A stretch of 64,000 nucleotides of DNA, from assembly GCF_009914755.1 (NCBI RefSeq), contig NC_060933.1; one strand, 5' to 3'. The DNA comes from the human T2T-CHM13v2.0 reference genome, Homo sapiens. The position numbers and the translations under genes are program-made. The notes beneath the pieces are model-generated. The model saw nothing but the letters and a program-made list of their open reading frames with translations, did not search any database and was not told the DNA's origin. Numbering within the stretch: the first letter of the stretch is position 1; each line of letters opens with the position of its first letter. Below, in pieces: positions 36,901-51,982 of this stretch.

Positions 36901-39900
36901 CAGAGAATTTACTCTCTAGGACATCAAAGGTCAAACTTTCTCTTTTCTGTATTATCTAAATTTTCCACAATGAGTATGCATTTTTAGTAAGAATTTCTCA
37001 TAAACTCAGCATTGTAACAAGACTCATCACAGCAAATCAGTCTGATTAAATGAATTTATTTTGAAAGTAAAATTCACAATAAAAGAAGAAAGTCCAACAG
37101 CCAACTTAACATTCTTAAAGGTATTAGCATTTAAAAGTGGGAAATTGCTAATCAAAGAGCATTGTCTGACATATAAGAGGTTAGTGATTCAATAAATGAT
37201 TTTCCAGCTGATCAGATGTAGATAATATGACAATGTGAAATGAAAACATTCATGCAGCACCCCATGAGTTAATGATGGTGGAATACATAGTCCTTGGCAT
37301 GCAAAGGGTGCTCAATATTTGTTGGATGTAAGTTTCTGGAAGATTTCTTCAGCCAAAGAGAAAACTACGCAAATTTGCATCTTTGAAAATGAAAATACCT
37401 CATATATTTCTCACTGTTGTTGTTGTTCAGAGGTGAATGACCAACTAATAAATTTCTATTTAAATTATTTTATTTAATTATTATTTCTTGACAGATTAAA
37501 ATCTTTCAGGTTGTTTCCCTAATTTAAATGTATGTCATTTCCTCTGGGATGTTCCCCACCCACACACAAGCATACTCCTTACTCTCTCCCTCCTTTTCCT
37601 TCAAAAGCACTATTTCCTATGATTATCTAAAATGTGACTTTCCCCTGGTGATGCCATATTCTTAAAACCCACTCCATTTTCTTGTGTGCACATTTCCCAG
37701 GGCTAGTAGAGAAAGCCTTTCTAACCCCATCCCCAACCCTGGGCCCAACTACTTAAACTAATCTCTTTCCTTTCTGGTCACTAGGGACCCTGACCTCCTT
37801 TTCTGTTCACTATTGCCTCTGCTGCTGTCACCCTTGGTGATTTCATTGCTGTTGTCACCCTTAGTGACTGCTTTGACTCTTTAACACTCCTCAGCAGTTC
37901 ACCCAAAAAATCTCATTCTGACCACCATCATCATCAGAACATCTTTCTCTCTAAGATAAGGAACACTGGAATTCTTCTGTTTATGAACAAACTCCCATCT
38001 TTCTACTTCCTCCACTCCCATTTAAAAAATTCCTTTTTGAACCATTTTTTAAAATTGTGGTAAAACATACATAATATAAAATTTACCATTTTGACCATTT
38101 TTAAGTGTACGGTTCAGTGGCATTCACATTGTTGTACAACCATAACCACTCTCCATCTCCAGAACATTTTTTTCATCTTCCAAAACTGAAACTCTATGCT
38201 CACTGAACAATAACACCACATTCCAAAGTTAATTCTTTTTTATATTCTCTAAGGATCTGTTTCAGATTTTTCCCACTTATACTTAAAACTTCAAACCAAT
38301 GCTTATTTCTCTTAATCTCCGTCTCTTTCAGAACCTACATTACAAAGATTGAAGCCATTTTATAAGACCCTTAAGTTCACATCCCTAGACCTTAAAACTT
38401 CACATCTTCTCTCATTCTCTCACTAGTTCCTCCTCTACTGCAGGAAGAAGTGTGCCTCCTCCTTTTCAAAGCTGATCCTTCCACTTGTGTTCTTTCCCCC
38501 TCTCTTCTGTATCTCCTCTGGAAATATTATGTAAGTTTTCCTCTTTTCATTGGCTACTTTCTTTCTGCATTGAAGCATACTCAAGAGTCTATCACATCCC
38601 AATATAAACCTCAATATTAATGACAATAATAATAACAAACATATTGAGTCTCTACTGTGCACCAGCTACTGTGCTAAGCGCTGAAAATATATCTTCTCAT
38701 TTAATTCTCACAACAACCTAATGAGTTAAATTATGAAATTATTATGGGTAATATAACAGTTATTATGAAAATTTTCATTATTATTAAGAAACTGAGGCTT
38801 CAGAGACATCAAGCAACTTGTCCAAGGTCACCTAGCTAGTAAGTAGCATCTTCCCTTCTCCACACTACTGTGTAAAGATACCATTCTTTCTTTCTTTGTT
38901 CCCTTTCATTACTGTATTATACTTCTTGGAAATGTCTTACTTCCTCCTTCTCCACTCTGCGCAGTCCAGTGCAGTTGTTTTGAGATTCCCACCATACTTA
39001 AATGACTCCTCCAATGTCTCTTAATCTTCAACCAGGTCTCTATAGTACTCATTACCAACTGTTCCTGCTTTTTGAGACAGTGTTCTCTCTTAGCCTTCAT
39101 AATATGAACTCTTCTTTTTTCTGCTTCTCTGTCTGGTCTTCTTATTAACTTCGTTTCTCCTCTTTCCCCTTACATGTTAGATATTCCAGAGTTTCATCTT
39201 CTTACAGCTTTCTCTTCCTGCTCCACACTCAGCCAAGACAATCTCATTCACTCCCACACAATAAACTATCATGCCTTCACAAATGAAGAGCAAATCCACA
39301 TGGCTAAGTTTGGCCTCTGGCCACCTAGTTCCAACTCCCTGCTGAAATGTCCATATAACTGTTCCTCAAGTACCTCAAACTCCATCTGCCCTACATCAAA
39401 CTAATTCCCTGTCCCTGTCACTGAACTCCCCACCTGAGTTTCCTATTATTAACCACTGGAATTATGTCCACTTCCCTTCACCACCCTGCTTCCCCTCATC
39501 CCCAGTCCAGAGCAGGTACACCCACATCCAGAAAGAGCCGAGGAGGCATTGTGGCAGACGTGCCCCTAAACTGGGAGTGAGACTTGGGTTTTAATCCTGA
39601 CTCAGCCACTTGGTAACTGCATGACTTAGTGGTACAGAACAGGAATCTCTGGGGCCCTTACTCACACCAACCTGCAAGGACTCTATGAAGTACCTGTAGC
39701 ACTCATCATTCCATCCCCTCCTCGTTAGTCCCATTAACATTGCCCTCACTAGGTCCTCACTGCTTTTTGCCTGGGATATTTTAACTGGCCTCCTAACTAT
39801 TCATTCTTTTTGCCTCCGTCTCCTTCTTTCCTTCCTTCAGATGGTGCTTCACACAGACATAAAATTATATTCACAAAACACACTCTAGATGATGTTTCTC

Positions 39901-40104
39901 ATTTGCTTTAGAAACTTTCAAAAGATTCGTGTTGTCCACAGGATAAAATTCAAACTCCTTATTGTAGCATTCATAGTCCTCTGCATACTGGTCCCAACAT
40001 AACATGTGAAACTTCACTTTGTCTGAACTGAATTTCAAATGTAGTTGTGGTATGTATTTGGAAGGAAAAAAAAATCCCAAATGTATTCTTTTTTCACTAT
40101 CTTT

Positions 40105-40404
40105 ATTTTTTTCATTTTTGGTGACAAGAGTCTCACTCTGTGGTCCAGACTGGAGTATAGTGCTATCAGAGCTTACTACAACTTTAAACTTCTGGGCTCA
40201 GGTGATCCTCCCACCTCAGTCTCCCAAGTAGCTAAGACTGCACGTGCACACCACCCAGTCCAGCTAATTTTTAAAAATTTTTTCTGTAGAGACAGGATCT
40301 CTTTATGTTGCCTAGGCTGGTCTTGAACTCCTGGCCTCAAGTGGTCCTCCTGCTTAGGCCTCCCAATGCACTGGGATTACAGGCATGAGACACACACCCA
40401 GCCC
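40105..40404 (-). mobile_element. AluJ
   Basis: Antisense diverged Alu. Confidence 0.85.
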
Positions 40405-41054
40405 TGACTTATTCTTTATACCAAAAGTAACACTGAGTCAATCAAAGATTTATGTATAAACTATTAAACATTAAAGTTTTAGATAATATCATAAGTAAAT
40501 TTATTTATAATCTTGGAAGAGAAAAGGTATTTTGAAGCAGAACACAAAACCAGAAGTTCTCAAAGAAAACACTGATTATATTTTACCACATAATATTTGA
40601 AAACTTATGTATGGCCAAAAAATGCCATTAGTGAAATCTAAACATAAATGACACAGGGGAAAAAGTTGTAACACAAATCACAGACAAGGGTCTAATTTCT
40701 TAGTTTAGGTAGAGTCCTTAAAATCAATAATTTATAGAAATTAACAATACACATTTTTTAAAAGATGCTCAATCTCATGAAATAAAGGAATAAAATTCAA
40801 AACTATCAGATAGTTTACACTCTTTAGAAAGGCAAACATTTCAAAGGTAATGACACTCATTGTTGCTAGAAAGATGGAGAAAAGGGTACTCCCCTGGATT
40901 GTTCACAAAACTGTTAATTAATACAAGTTTTTGGAAGTCAATTCATTAATATCTGTCAAGCTATAAGATACATGTACCCTCTGATCCAGCAATTCCACTA
41001 CTAGGAGTTTATGCTACCAATAAACTTATAAATATTTTCAAAGAATCACAACAT

Positions 41055-41075
41055 ACACCCACACCCACCCACACC

Positions 41076-41123
<48 letters not shown>
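41055..41123. repeat. (CA)n microsatellite, ~22 pure units
   Basis: Direct reading. Confidence 0.95.
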
Positions 41124-41124
<1 letters not shown>

Positions 41125-41649
41125 CTGTCAGTTGCAACACTGGCAATATTAGAAAACAAAAACAAAAATAAAATCTGGAAACAGCCAGTGTTAATCAATA
41201 AAAGACTCGTTAAGATATATTTCTATGATTGAATGCTATTTATAATGTTACTTGTAAAAGAATGTTTCTAATATGTGAAAATATTTATGATATAGTGTTA
41301 ATTGGAAAATGCAAAAAAAAGCTTAAAATATATTTGCAGTATGATTCTATTTTTTAAATAAAAGAGATGTGTATAATTTTTTACATAGAAAAAAGAATGT
41401 CAGGATCTACCACGCATACACTTTCCTGTCATTTACATATTTTCTAAGTGCACATGTATCTTTTTTATAATCAGAAAAAAATTACTTTAAATGTTTTCAA
41501 CTTTCTGTAGAAAAGAGAAAGGAAATTAAACAATCTGTGTCCTTCTATATTATATGTTATGCAATAAACACTGCCTAGAGCCTATATTGCAAAGATTTTA
41601 TAAAAGTTAATGATTAACTAAGTGTAACTCTTTGACAGTGCTACAGCTA

Positions 41650-42162
<513 letters not shown>

Positions 42163-44104
42163 CTACAGGAAACCTCATCATCTGAGACCAGCACTTTATA
42201 AATTAGGTGAGTATCATAACCAGTGTGCAGGGATATCTGCTGTATATCATTGGGAATAGCAGCAAAAAAGAACAAGTGATGTTCCTATTGCCATATGTTC
42301 TGAAATATTTCTGATATAAAAATAGGGGAGTAATGAGTCAATTTTAGTATGAAAAAAATGGTGAAAAGAGTGATCAAGGCAAAGAATTTGCAGGTTATTT
42401 GAAGAAAATACTTTTTCAGAATAGGATTTGAAAATATTTCCTGACTATGCTTTTGACTTATCATGTGGTTCTATAAAGGGTGTTGACTTTCTCTGTGTCA
42501 ATGACTCCATTGTAAATGTGGTATTTTCAGCTTCTCTATCTTGCTCAATTATACAAGCCAATACTGGTTTACAGCAAAGTTCTTCCAAGTGCGTTCTCTC
42601 AAACTAGTCCATGAGGGTGATAAGACGGGAGAAAAAGGTTATGAGATCAAATAACTACTGAAAACAATAGTTAAACAAAGGTACCCATGAGTCTTCAATA
42701 AAGGACTATCAACACCTTTTCTATGCTAACATGACTCTGACTCTCCTAGAGATAGAATGTAGATTGGAACATTTCCCATATTTATTTGAAAATATAACTT
42801 TTTGTTAAAATATTCTAAGATTATTAAAAAAAGTAACTTTTTTGAATGACCAGGAATTGTTTTTTCTAGGATATAAGTATCTTTGGGTAGAAGAGAAAAC
42901 AAACAACGTCAAGGCAATGCAGTTTTTATGTTAGTAAAGTGTTACTTCATTATCTACTGTGTGCAGGTTACTATTTAAACTATTTTATATACAACTTAAA
43001 ATACAACTACAATTGGGTTCCCTATCTTATTATTCCAAATGCGTGATTACAAATTAACAACCATATTCAGAAACTTATTATTTCAAAGAAGTTGGACAAC
43101 TGCTTTGTGTATAAGAAAGGCTGAGTGTTTGGAGTTAAATTCCCAGTTCTGATTATTTTCTTCCTGTTTTGAGGCGGAAAGGGAGAAAGAATGGAGGGAG
43201 ACAGGATAGGGAAGTACTGGCATCAAGATGGAAGTCAGGAGGCTAGATTCTGTTCCTGGTTCTGTTTCATAATCCTGGGTGAGGCACTTAATCTTCAGAG
43301 TTTCAGTCTACTCATCTGTAAAGTTAGGGGCTCAGTAAAATGATATGTAAGATCCTCTGCTTCTAAGCATTCTTGACCAAAAAAGGTAGGAGAATCAGAG
43401 GAAGAAAATAAAAGTTCATGTGAGGTCTTCAAGCTGTGTGAGCACAACATTTACTCCCATGGCAAGACTGAGGGACAGAATAGGTAGTCTTCAACTGGCT
43501 GACCATTGAGGATTTTGCACATGGGACTGGATGTAAATAGGTGGCATGCACATAATGTTATAGCAGTTCTACCTAGACAAGATCATCTGGAGTTTCAGCC
43601 TCCAGAGGTTTGTCCAGGGACAAAATAGGGTGCCTAAAGTTTACCTTCTAACGAGTCCTCTAATCCAAGAACTCAATGCTCTTCTTTTAACTGCTAGAAG
43701 AGATTATTCATATGAAGCTCATAAGAGATTTAAATTGTAACCACTGCTGGGATAATTTGGTTTGTTTGTTTGTTTGTAGTGTGGCAAAACAGGAGGCCAT
43801 ACTTAAAAAGAAGAAGCAATAATTATTGATAGAATTGCAGGCAATGTCAGAGAGTTTAAGACTGGAGAAGAAGTCCTGCTCCCTCCACAAACCACAGCAC
43901 AGTGTCATACCCTGATGTCGAAGCCAGATTGCAGAACCATACTAAGAGAATATGGAATTTTCTGCAATTTATGATACAGAACTCCATATTTTTTCAGTAC
44001 GATACAGTGACCCAGCTTGATCATCAAGGTATCACATCGATTGATGTCCCTTGCTTGAATCAAGTATTAAATTGGGGGTTGCAAGATGGTGATTTGTCTG
44101 ATTC

Positions 44105-44813
44105 TGAGAGAGAAAGAACAAAGAAACCAGCTAGGCAAATAGGGCAAAGTCCTCGGCAGAACTGCTCTTCTAACAAAGAGCAGCCTGAGAGATCAAGCCG
44201 CAAACATAGAAAAGGAAGCAAGCTCCAGCACAAAAGAGTGCCTTCTGTGTAATCAGCAAATTTCAAATTTCATATACATTCAGTTGGCCTCAGTGAACAC
44301 ATTCCTTTCCTTTTTTGGTTATATTCAAATAAGGAAGCTTGCTCAGGAGGGCATGCTTGGAACATGCCTACAGCTACACAGATAAGGGGAGTTACACTGA
44401 GCTAGGCATGTCCACAATGGAGGATTCTATCCCCAACACGTGCACAGTAAGGGAAGTCAAACAACATGAAGTAACTTAGGCTACGAGCCCACATGCACAC
44501 TGGAAGGACAGCGTGGGGGTTGTCAGAAATTCATGCCTTCTGCAAATGACACACCTAGTCCTAACCAGTTTTTCACACCTTATGTAAATAAAGTACCCCC
44601 TCCCCACTAGCTCATTTATAAAAACCCTTGTATTCCACTATAGAATAGCAACCCTTTTTCAGGGCCCCTCTCTGCAGCAGAGAGCTTTCTCTCCTTCTTT
44701 CATTTATTAAACTTCTGCTCTAACCTCACCCTTGGTGTGTCCACCTTCCTTGATTTCCTCAGTTGTGGGACCAAGAACTCCGGGTGGCATCCCAGACAAT
44801 GAGGCCTATTTCA
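44105..44813 (+). mobile_element. MER50-family ERV1 solo LTR, sense to IL33
   Basis: TGAGAGAG...TTTCA termini, TSD attc/atgc, TATAAAA 44617, ATTAAA ~44706. Confidence 0.78.
44349..44369. promoter_or_regulatory. Candidate p53/p63 response element
   Basis: GGGCATGCTT-G-GAACATGCCT: two perfect RRRCWWGYYY half-sites with a 1-bp spacer. Confidence 0.55.
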
Positions 44814-45166
44814 ATGCTATCATTCCTTCTGTAATGACTAGACCCCTCCCTATTCAACTAGCCTCACTAGTTTTTTAGTGACTCTGCTTTCTGGCACAAC
44901 AGGATGTTCCATGTTCACCACTACTTTACCAGCTCCAGATCTGGAGCAGCTGTTCCTTTCGGTGGAGAAAGTACTAAGAAACTAAGATATGGGCACACTG
45001 ATATTGCTGACTCATATTTAACATTCCATAGGTTTTCTCATGACTTCTTTTATGTTTGTGTCTCCTTTCCCCTACAGTCAAAACCATGTAACATAATGTA
45101 TCTACTTATTTGCTCTATACTAAAGTATAACAAAACAGTCTCAGAACTTCAGTACCAGTATTTCCA

Positions 45167-45568
45167 CTATCTACAAAAAGAGTCCAACTTTGTAAAATAG
45201 TTGAAGAGATTTATTCTGAGCCAAATATGAGTGACCACGGCCTGTGACAAAGCCCTCAGGAGATCCTGAGAACATGTGCTCAAAGTGGTTGGTGTGCATT
45301 TTGGTTTTATGCATTTTAGGGAGACATGAGACTTCAATCAAATACATTTAAGAAATACATTCATTTGGTCCAGAAAGGTGGGATAACTTGAAGCGTGGGG
45401 TGGAGGGGTTCAGCTGGGAGATGGGTAAGGGATAAAAGACTACAGTCAACTGGGATCAATAAAAAGGAATGTCTGGGTTAAAATAAAGGATTGTGGAAAC
45501 CAAAGTTCTTATTTGCAGAGGAAGCCTTCAGGTTGTAGGCTTCGGAGAGAATAGATTATAAAATGTCA
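45167..45568 (-). mobile_element. MER4-family LTR
   Basis: GAGATTTATTCTGAGCCAAATATGAGTGACCA...GCCCTCAGGAGATCCTGAGAACATGTGC signature. Confidence 0.75.
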
Positions 45569-45574
45569 ATTCTA

Positions 45575-46578
45575 ATACAGTGGTATTTGTGTATCTAAAC
45601 ATATCTAAACACAGAAAAAGTAAAGTAAAAATATGGTATGAAGATTTAAAAATGGTGCACTTGTATTGGGCAATTAACCATGAATGGAGCTTGCAGGACT
45701 GGAAAATGAGTCTAGGTGAGTTAATAAGTAGTGAGTGAATGTGAAGGCGTAGGTCGTTACTGACCACGACTATAGACTTCATGATCACTGTACACTTAGA
45801 CTACACTAAATTTATTTAAAATTGTTTCCTTTTTCCATAATAAATTAACCTTGCTTACTATAACTTTTTTACTTTATAAACTTTTAGTTTTTTTAATGTT
45901 TTGACTCTTGTAATAACACTTAGCTTAAAATACAAACATCATACAGCTGTACAAAAATTTCTTCCTTTATATCCTTATTCTATAAGCTTTTTTCTATTTT
46001 AAACATTTTTAATTTTAATTTTTTACTTTTTACGCTTTTTCCTTAAAATCTAAGACACAAACACACACACCCTAGTCTAGGCCTACACAGGGTCAGGATC
46101 ATTAATATCACTGTCTTTCACTTCCATATCTTGCCCTACTGGAAGTTCTTCAGGGGCAATAACATGCATGGAGCTGTCATTTCCTATAACAATGTCTTCC
46201 TCTGGAATACCTTTTTGACAGAACTGCCTGAGGCTGCTTTACAATTAACTTGTTTTTTAATAAGTAGAAGGAACACAATCTACAATAATGATAAAAAGTA
46301 TAGTATAGCAAATACATAAACCAGTAACATAGTCATTTGTTACCAAGTATTATATACTATGCATGATTGTATGTGCTATACTTTTATACAACTGGCAGTG
46401 CAGTGGGTTGTTTACACCACCATCACCACAAACACGCAAGTAATGAATTGTTCTAGGATGTTATGATGGCTACAACAGCACTAGGTGATAAGAATTTATC
46501 AGCTCCACTATAATCTTGTGAGACCACCATTGTATATGTGCAATCCATTGACCAAAGCCTCATTATGCAGTGCAGAGT
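45575..46578. mobile_element. Tigger3 (Tigger3b-like) DNA transposon
   Basis: GTATTTGTGTATCTAAACATATCTAAAC...ACCATGAATGGAGCTTGCAGGACTGGAA signature; ends ~170 bp before exon 2. Confidence 0.75.
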
Positions 46579-46758
46579 ACCATATCCTAGCATGAATGCA
46601 TAGTTAGAATACTACGTTCAAACTTTACTGAAATAATTATTTCCTCTATATGGTTATGTTACCAATTTGGTAGTGAGCTAGCCACAGTTGTTTCCGTTTG
46701 TTTTTAAGTTGAGACAAATGAACTAATATTATATTTTAATCCAACAGAATACTGAAAA

Positions 46759-46849
46759 ATGAAGCCTAAAATGAAGTATTCAACCAACAAAATTTCCACA
46801 GCAAAGTGGAAGAACACAGCAAGCAAAGCCTTGTGTTTCAAGCTGGGAA
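46759..46849 (+). CDS. IL33: IL33 exon 2 coding part (aa 1-30; exon starts 46748)
   Basis: CAG|AATACTGAAAA ATG AAG CCT AAA ATG... MKPKMKYSTNKISTAKWKNTASKALCFKLG; donor GAA|GTAAGG. Confidence 0.98.
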
Positions 46850-47374
46850 GTAAGGACTTAAGTTATCTCTGAATGTTTTACGCACTATTTTTATCTGTTA
46901 TCAAATATTTATACTCCAATGTTTATACATGCTATCTTATCAAAATCTACTAAGAATACAAGAACTAAAATAAAAAGAGATGGCACATAAGGGTATAATA
47001 CAGCAGACTGGTTTTGAACCAACCATATATAGCCAACTTTGGCATATTTGATACATCACCAGGCAGGAATAGCTGAGATAATCTGAACCTGTGAATAGTG
47101 ATAAACTTAATTATAGCCTTTTATATCAACCACTTTTTGCTCCACACACCTCCTGCTGCCAAACCCCCAAAACCTTTTCCCTGATAAACTAGCAAACTTT
47201 TAAGCAGGTCCACTTTTATTCAACAAATATTCATTAAGACCTTTGGTGGTATCAGGCATGTGGTCTTAACTTGCGACTACTGATGAAGAAGAGAATAACA
47301 GATGAAGATATTTGAATAATCATCTTAGTCAATTTGTGTTACCATAGAAATATACCTGAAGCTGGGTAATTTAA

Positions 47375-47858
47375 CCCTTTTTCCATTTAGAAAAAAAAGT
47401 GCAGCTTGCTGCCAGCGCTTATTTAATTTTACATAAACATCTCTTTGAGGCTGAAGCAAATCTGATTTTCAATGCAAAAATAGAATACAAAAACTGTTCT
47501 TGGAGTTATTTCTAAACAGAACTACCATCAGCATTGTCTATTTCAGAAAAAATGAGATTCACCAAATGAAACTTCAGCAAGCAACTAACTGTTCAAGAAG
47601 TGTTCAAGAATGTTAACATCACATGTAGGAATGCTACATTTTCCAGGATTTGACATTTTCAGCGATCAAGAATTACTATATTTTATCAATGAAAATACCA
47701 CTACTAAAAACATAAATAGAATGATGTCTTTTGTTTCCAAAGTTGATATACTAGAGAGATGTAAAAATAATAATAAAAGCAAGATCTTTCGTGGCAAAGT
47801 TATCTTAAACACTGCAGAAGCACTGCCAGTAATTATTCTCTGGGCAAATGGGAAAGGG
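47375..47858. mobile_element. MER75 piggyBac-family non-autonomous transposon
   Basis: TTAA target duplication (47371-47374, 47859-47862); TIRs CCCTTTTTCCATTT / AAATGGGAAAGGG. Confidence 0.88.
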
Positions 47859-48005
47859 TTAAAAACAAAAGAGGTTTATTTGGTTTACAGTTCTGCAGGC
47901 TGTACAAGAAGCATGGTGCTAGCATCTGCTTCTGGTGAGGGCTTCAGGCTATTTCCACTCATGATGGAAAGGGAAGGGAAACCAGTATGTGCAGAGGTCA
48001 CATAG
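47610..48005 (+). other. 131-aa TE-derived intronic ORF, probably the reported IL33 exon 2E ORF
   Basis: ATG-initiated 131-codon ORF in intron 2; length and location match my recollection of the exon 2E report. Coding status unproven. Confidence 0.45.
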
Positions 48006-48413
48006 GGGGAGAACAGAGGGAGAACAGAAGCAGGAGAAAGAGGAGAGGAGGGACCAACCTTTTTTCAACAACCATCTTGCAAACTAAGAGTGAGAATTCG
48101 CTCTTGTGAGAATGGCACCAAGCTGTTCATGAGTGGTCTGCCCCATGATCCAAATACCTCCCACAAGGCCCCACCTCCAACAATGGGGATCAAATTTCAA
48201 CAGGAGACTTGGTGGGACCAAACCAACCAAAGCCAAACCATAGAAATAAAGCAGAACCAACAAATGATGCTCAAGTCTATCTAGCTGCAAACTCAGAGTT
48301 TGTAGTAAGACAGAAGGTAAGTAAAGTCAGGTGGCAGCTATAGCTCTGAGATTAAAGGGCTGTATAACTCTTTGATCCTTAAAATTATCTGTCCTAGGAA
48401 AGAAGCATGCAAA

Positions 48414-48734
<321 letters not shown>

Positions 48735-49396
48735 TAGGATCTGTTTTTCATATGGGAGTAGTAACACAAAAGTAAGTTAATGGAGCCTTGGTGAACAGGA
48801 AAGAAAATGGAGGATAAGGAATGATGGTGGGGACTGGCATAACCTTGTCCTTCATGCTCCTTTCCATTTCTCTGTACATCTTTAAGGCTAGAAAAGAAAG
48901 CAGAGTTAATATCATTTCTGTCTCATTCTGTCTTCCCTGAGGCTGTGGCCCACCCACACTGTTCTTTGGTGACCAGGGAAAGCACTAATTTGACTGTGGT
49001 TTCTGAACAACCAGGAAATCACAGCAGAACCAATCCTTTTACTTGTAGCTGAGTCAAAATGCTCTCTGTAGAAACAGTGACTCAGTGACTTTGCATCCCT
49101 AAATTGCCTCTCATAAAAAGTACATTTTCTTTGTACCTCAGGAAGTATGGGCTCTTTATAGAAACTGGAATGAGGGAGTGGGCTAGAGTTTATGCCAGAG
49201 TTGGTGGTATTGATACAAAAGTTAAAATGTAACCCCTCCTTTAAGGGAACAGTGGCCCTAACTACTTACCTATACCATTTAGAGGACAGTGATAAAAATA
49301 ATCTCAAACTCATTTGTATGGCTTTACAAATACATCACATTATTTTAATTGGCCCTTAACAGATCTTTCTTTCCAATAATATTGGCTCAGTTAAAT

Positions 49397-49700
49397 ATTG
49401 TCCTCCCCTCTTATTTGCAGGAAATATGTACCAAGACACCCAACAGATGCTTAAAACAATGGATAGTAATGAACCCTATATATACTATGTTTTTTCCTAC
49501 AGATACATACCCATGATAATGTTTAATTTATAAGTTAGGCACAATGAGAGATTAACAATAACCAACAAAAAAGTGGAGCAATTAGAACAACATACTGTAA
49601 TGAAAATAATGTGAATGTCTGCTCTCTCTCTCAAAATATCTTATTGTATTTCACTGTGGGTAACTGAAATCATGGAAAGTAAACCCACAGATGGGGGCAA
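49397..49700. mobile_element. Second Tigger7/MER44-type MITE
   Basis: Similar to 4507-4812 (ATGGATAGTA..AACCCT..AATTTATAA.TTAGGCACA). Confidence 0.7.
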
Positions 49701-50844
49701 GCAGGATAGAGTTACTGCACTAAAACTGTGATTATTTAAACAATCCTGGTGAAAAATTTGACAGATATCTCTGGGGTATGTGACAGGTGTAAACTGCTTC
49801 TCAACTCAAAATGCAAGATATGTCATATCTTGTTTTTCTAAATAAGCTGCTGCTCTAAGATGCCAAGACACAAGGCAAGAAAGCACATTTAATTCCTTCT
49901 CTTCTCTTGAGCTACCAGGATCCAACACAAGCCACAGTTCACAATGCTACAAAACTTAGTAGCCAACCACTGCAGGTGTCCCCACAGTCAGTCCCACATT
50001 GTGGTCACCCACAGGGCATTTTGCCTCTAATGCCAGCAGGGTACAGGACTTCATGACCTGGAGGAAAGCCTCTCACAACCCTTCCCTTCCCCGTTTCCAG
50101 GAAGCTACTTCCCTACTTCCCAGGGTCAGGCTTTCCTCTTCTCCTACTTTCTTTCCCCCACATCCATCAACACTTTCTCTTCCCTAAAAATCCAGCCGTC
50201 TTCATTCATGGATCTAGCCAGAGGTCACAATATGGGAGCCTTGGGATAGATCCATCCAGCAGGAGTATTTTATTAGGATTGAACGGTGTTATTGATATTT
50301 TCTAATTGAGTCAATTTTTAAAAAATAGGATATTTTTAATGAAAATCTAAATGTGTATAGTTTCTCTAAAAAAATCCAAAGATCTAGAAACACTGGGTCC
50401 ATATCTTGCATGGCAATAGTTGGCTAGAACTGAGTAGAGATCAACCCCTTTAGTTTGAGTCTATCCATAGAAGATCTGTTACAGTAAAGGAGATTTGACT
50501 TTATCCTGTAGACAGTAGGGAATCATTGAAAATGTTGAACTGAGGAATGATAAAATATTTTTACTTTACAGAGATCACATTGGTGAAGTGTGATGATAGT
50601 AGTGTGATGATAAAGTGAGGAGGCAAGAGTAGAAACAGAAACTGGTTAGAGGTCTACTGCATTAATCTAAGGGACTAATGATGAAGGTGTGACCTAAGAC
50701 AACAGAATAGAGAGGACGGACTAGATTTCAGATATATTCAGAAGGTGAAATCAAAAAGACTTAATGACAGATTGAATGAATTGTAAGAATGGAAAGAAGG
50801 AAAAATAAATGATTCTCAGCTTTTTGATTTAAGAATTGGGTAGA

Positions 50845-51982
<1,138 letters not shown>

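Larger units (their letters stand above)
47321..48245 (-). mobile_element. MSTB-like MaLR LTR split by MER75
   Basis: CTTAGTC...CCTGAAGCTGGGTAAT / AAAAGAGGTTTATTTGG...CCAAACCATAG; TSD ataat/ataaa. Confidence 0.85.

Noticed and set aside
34760-40000. Possible unannotated exons in mid intron 1
   Set aside because: Reads as L2/MIR/L1M debris with no coherent ORF or splice pattern; boundaries too uncertain to list.
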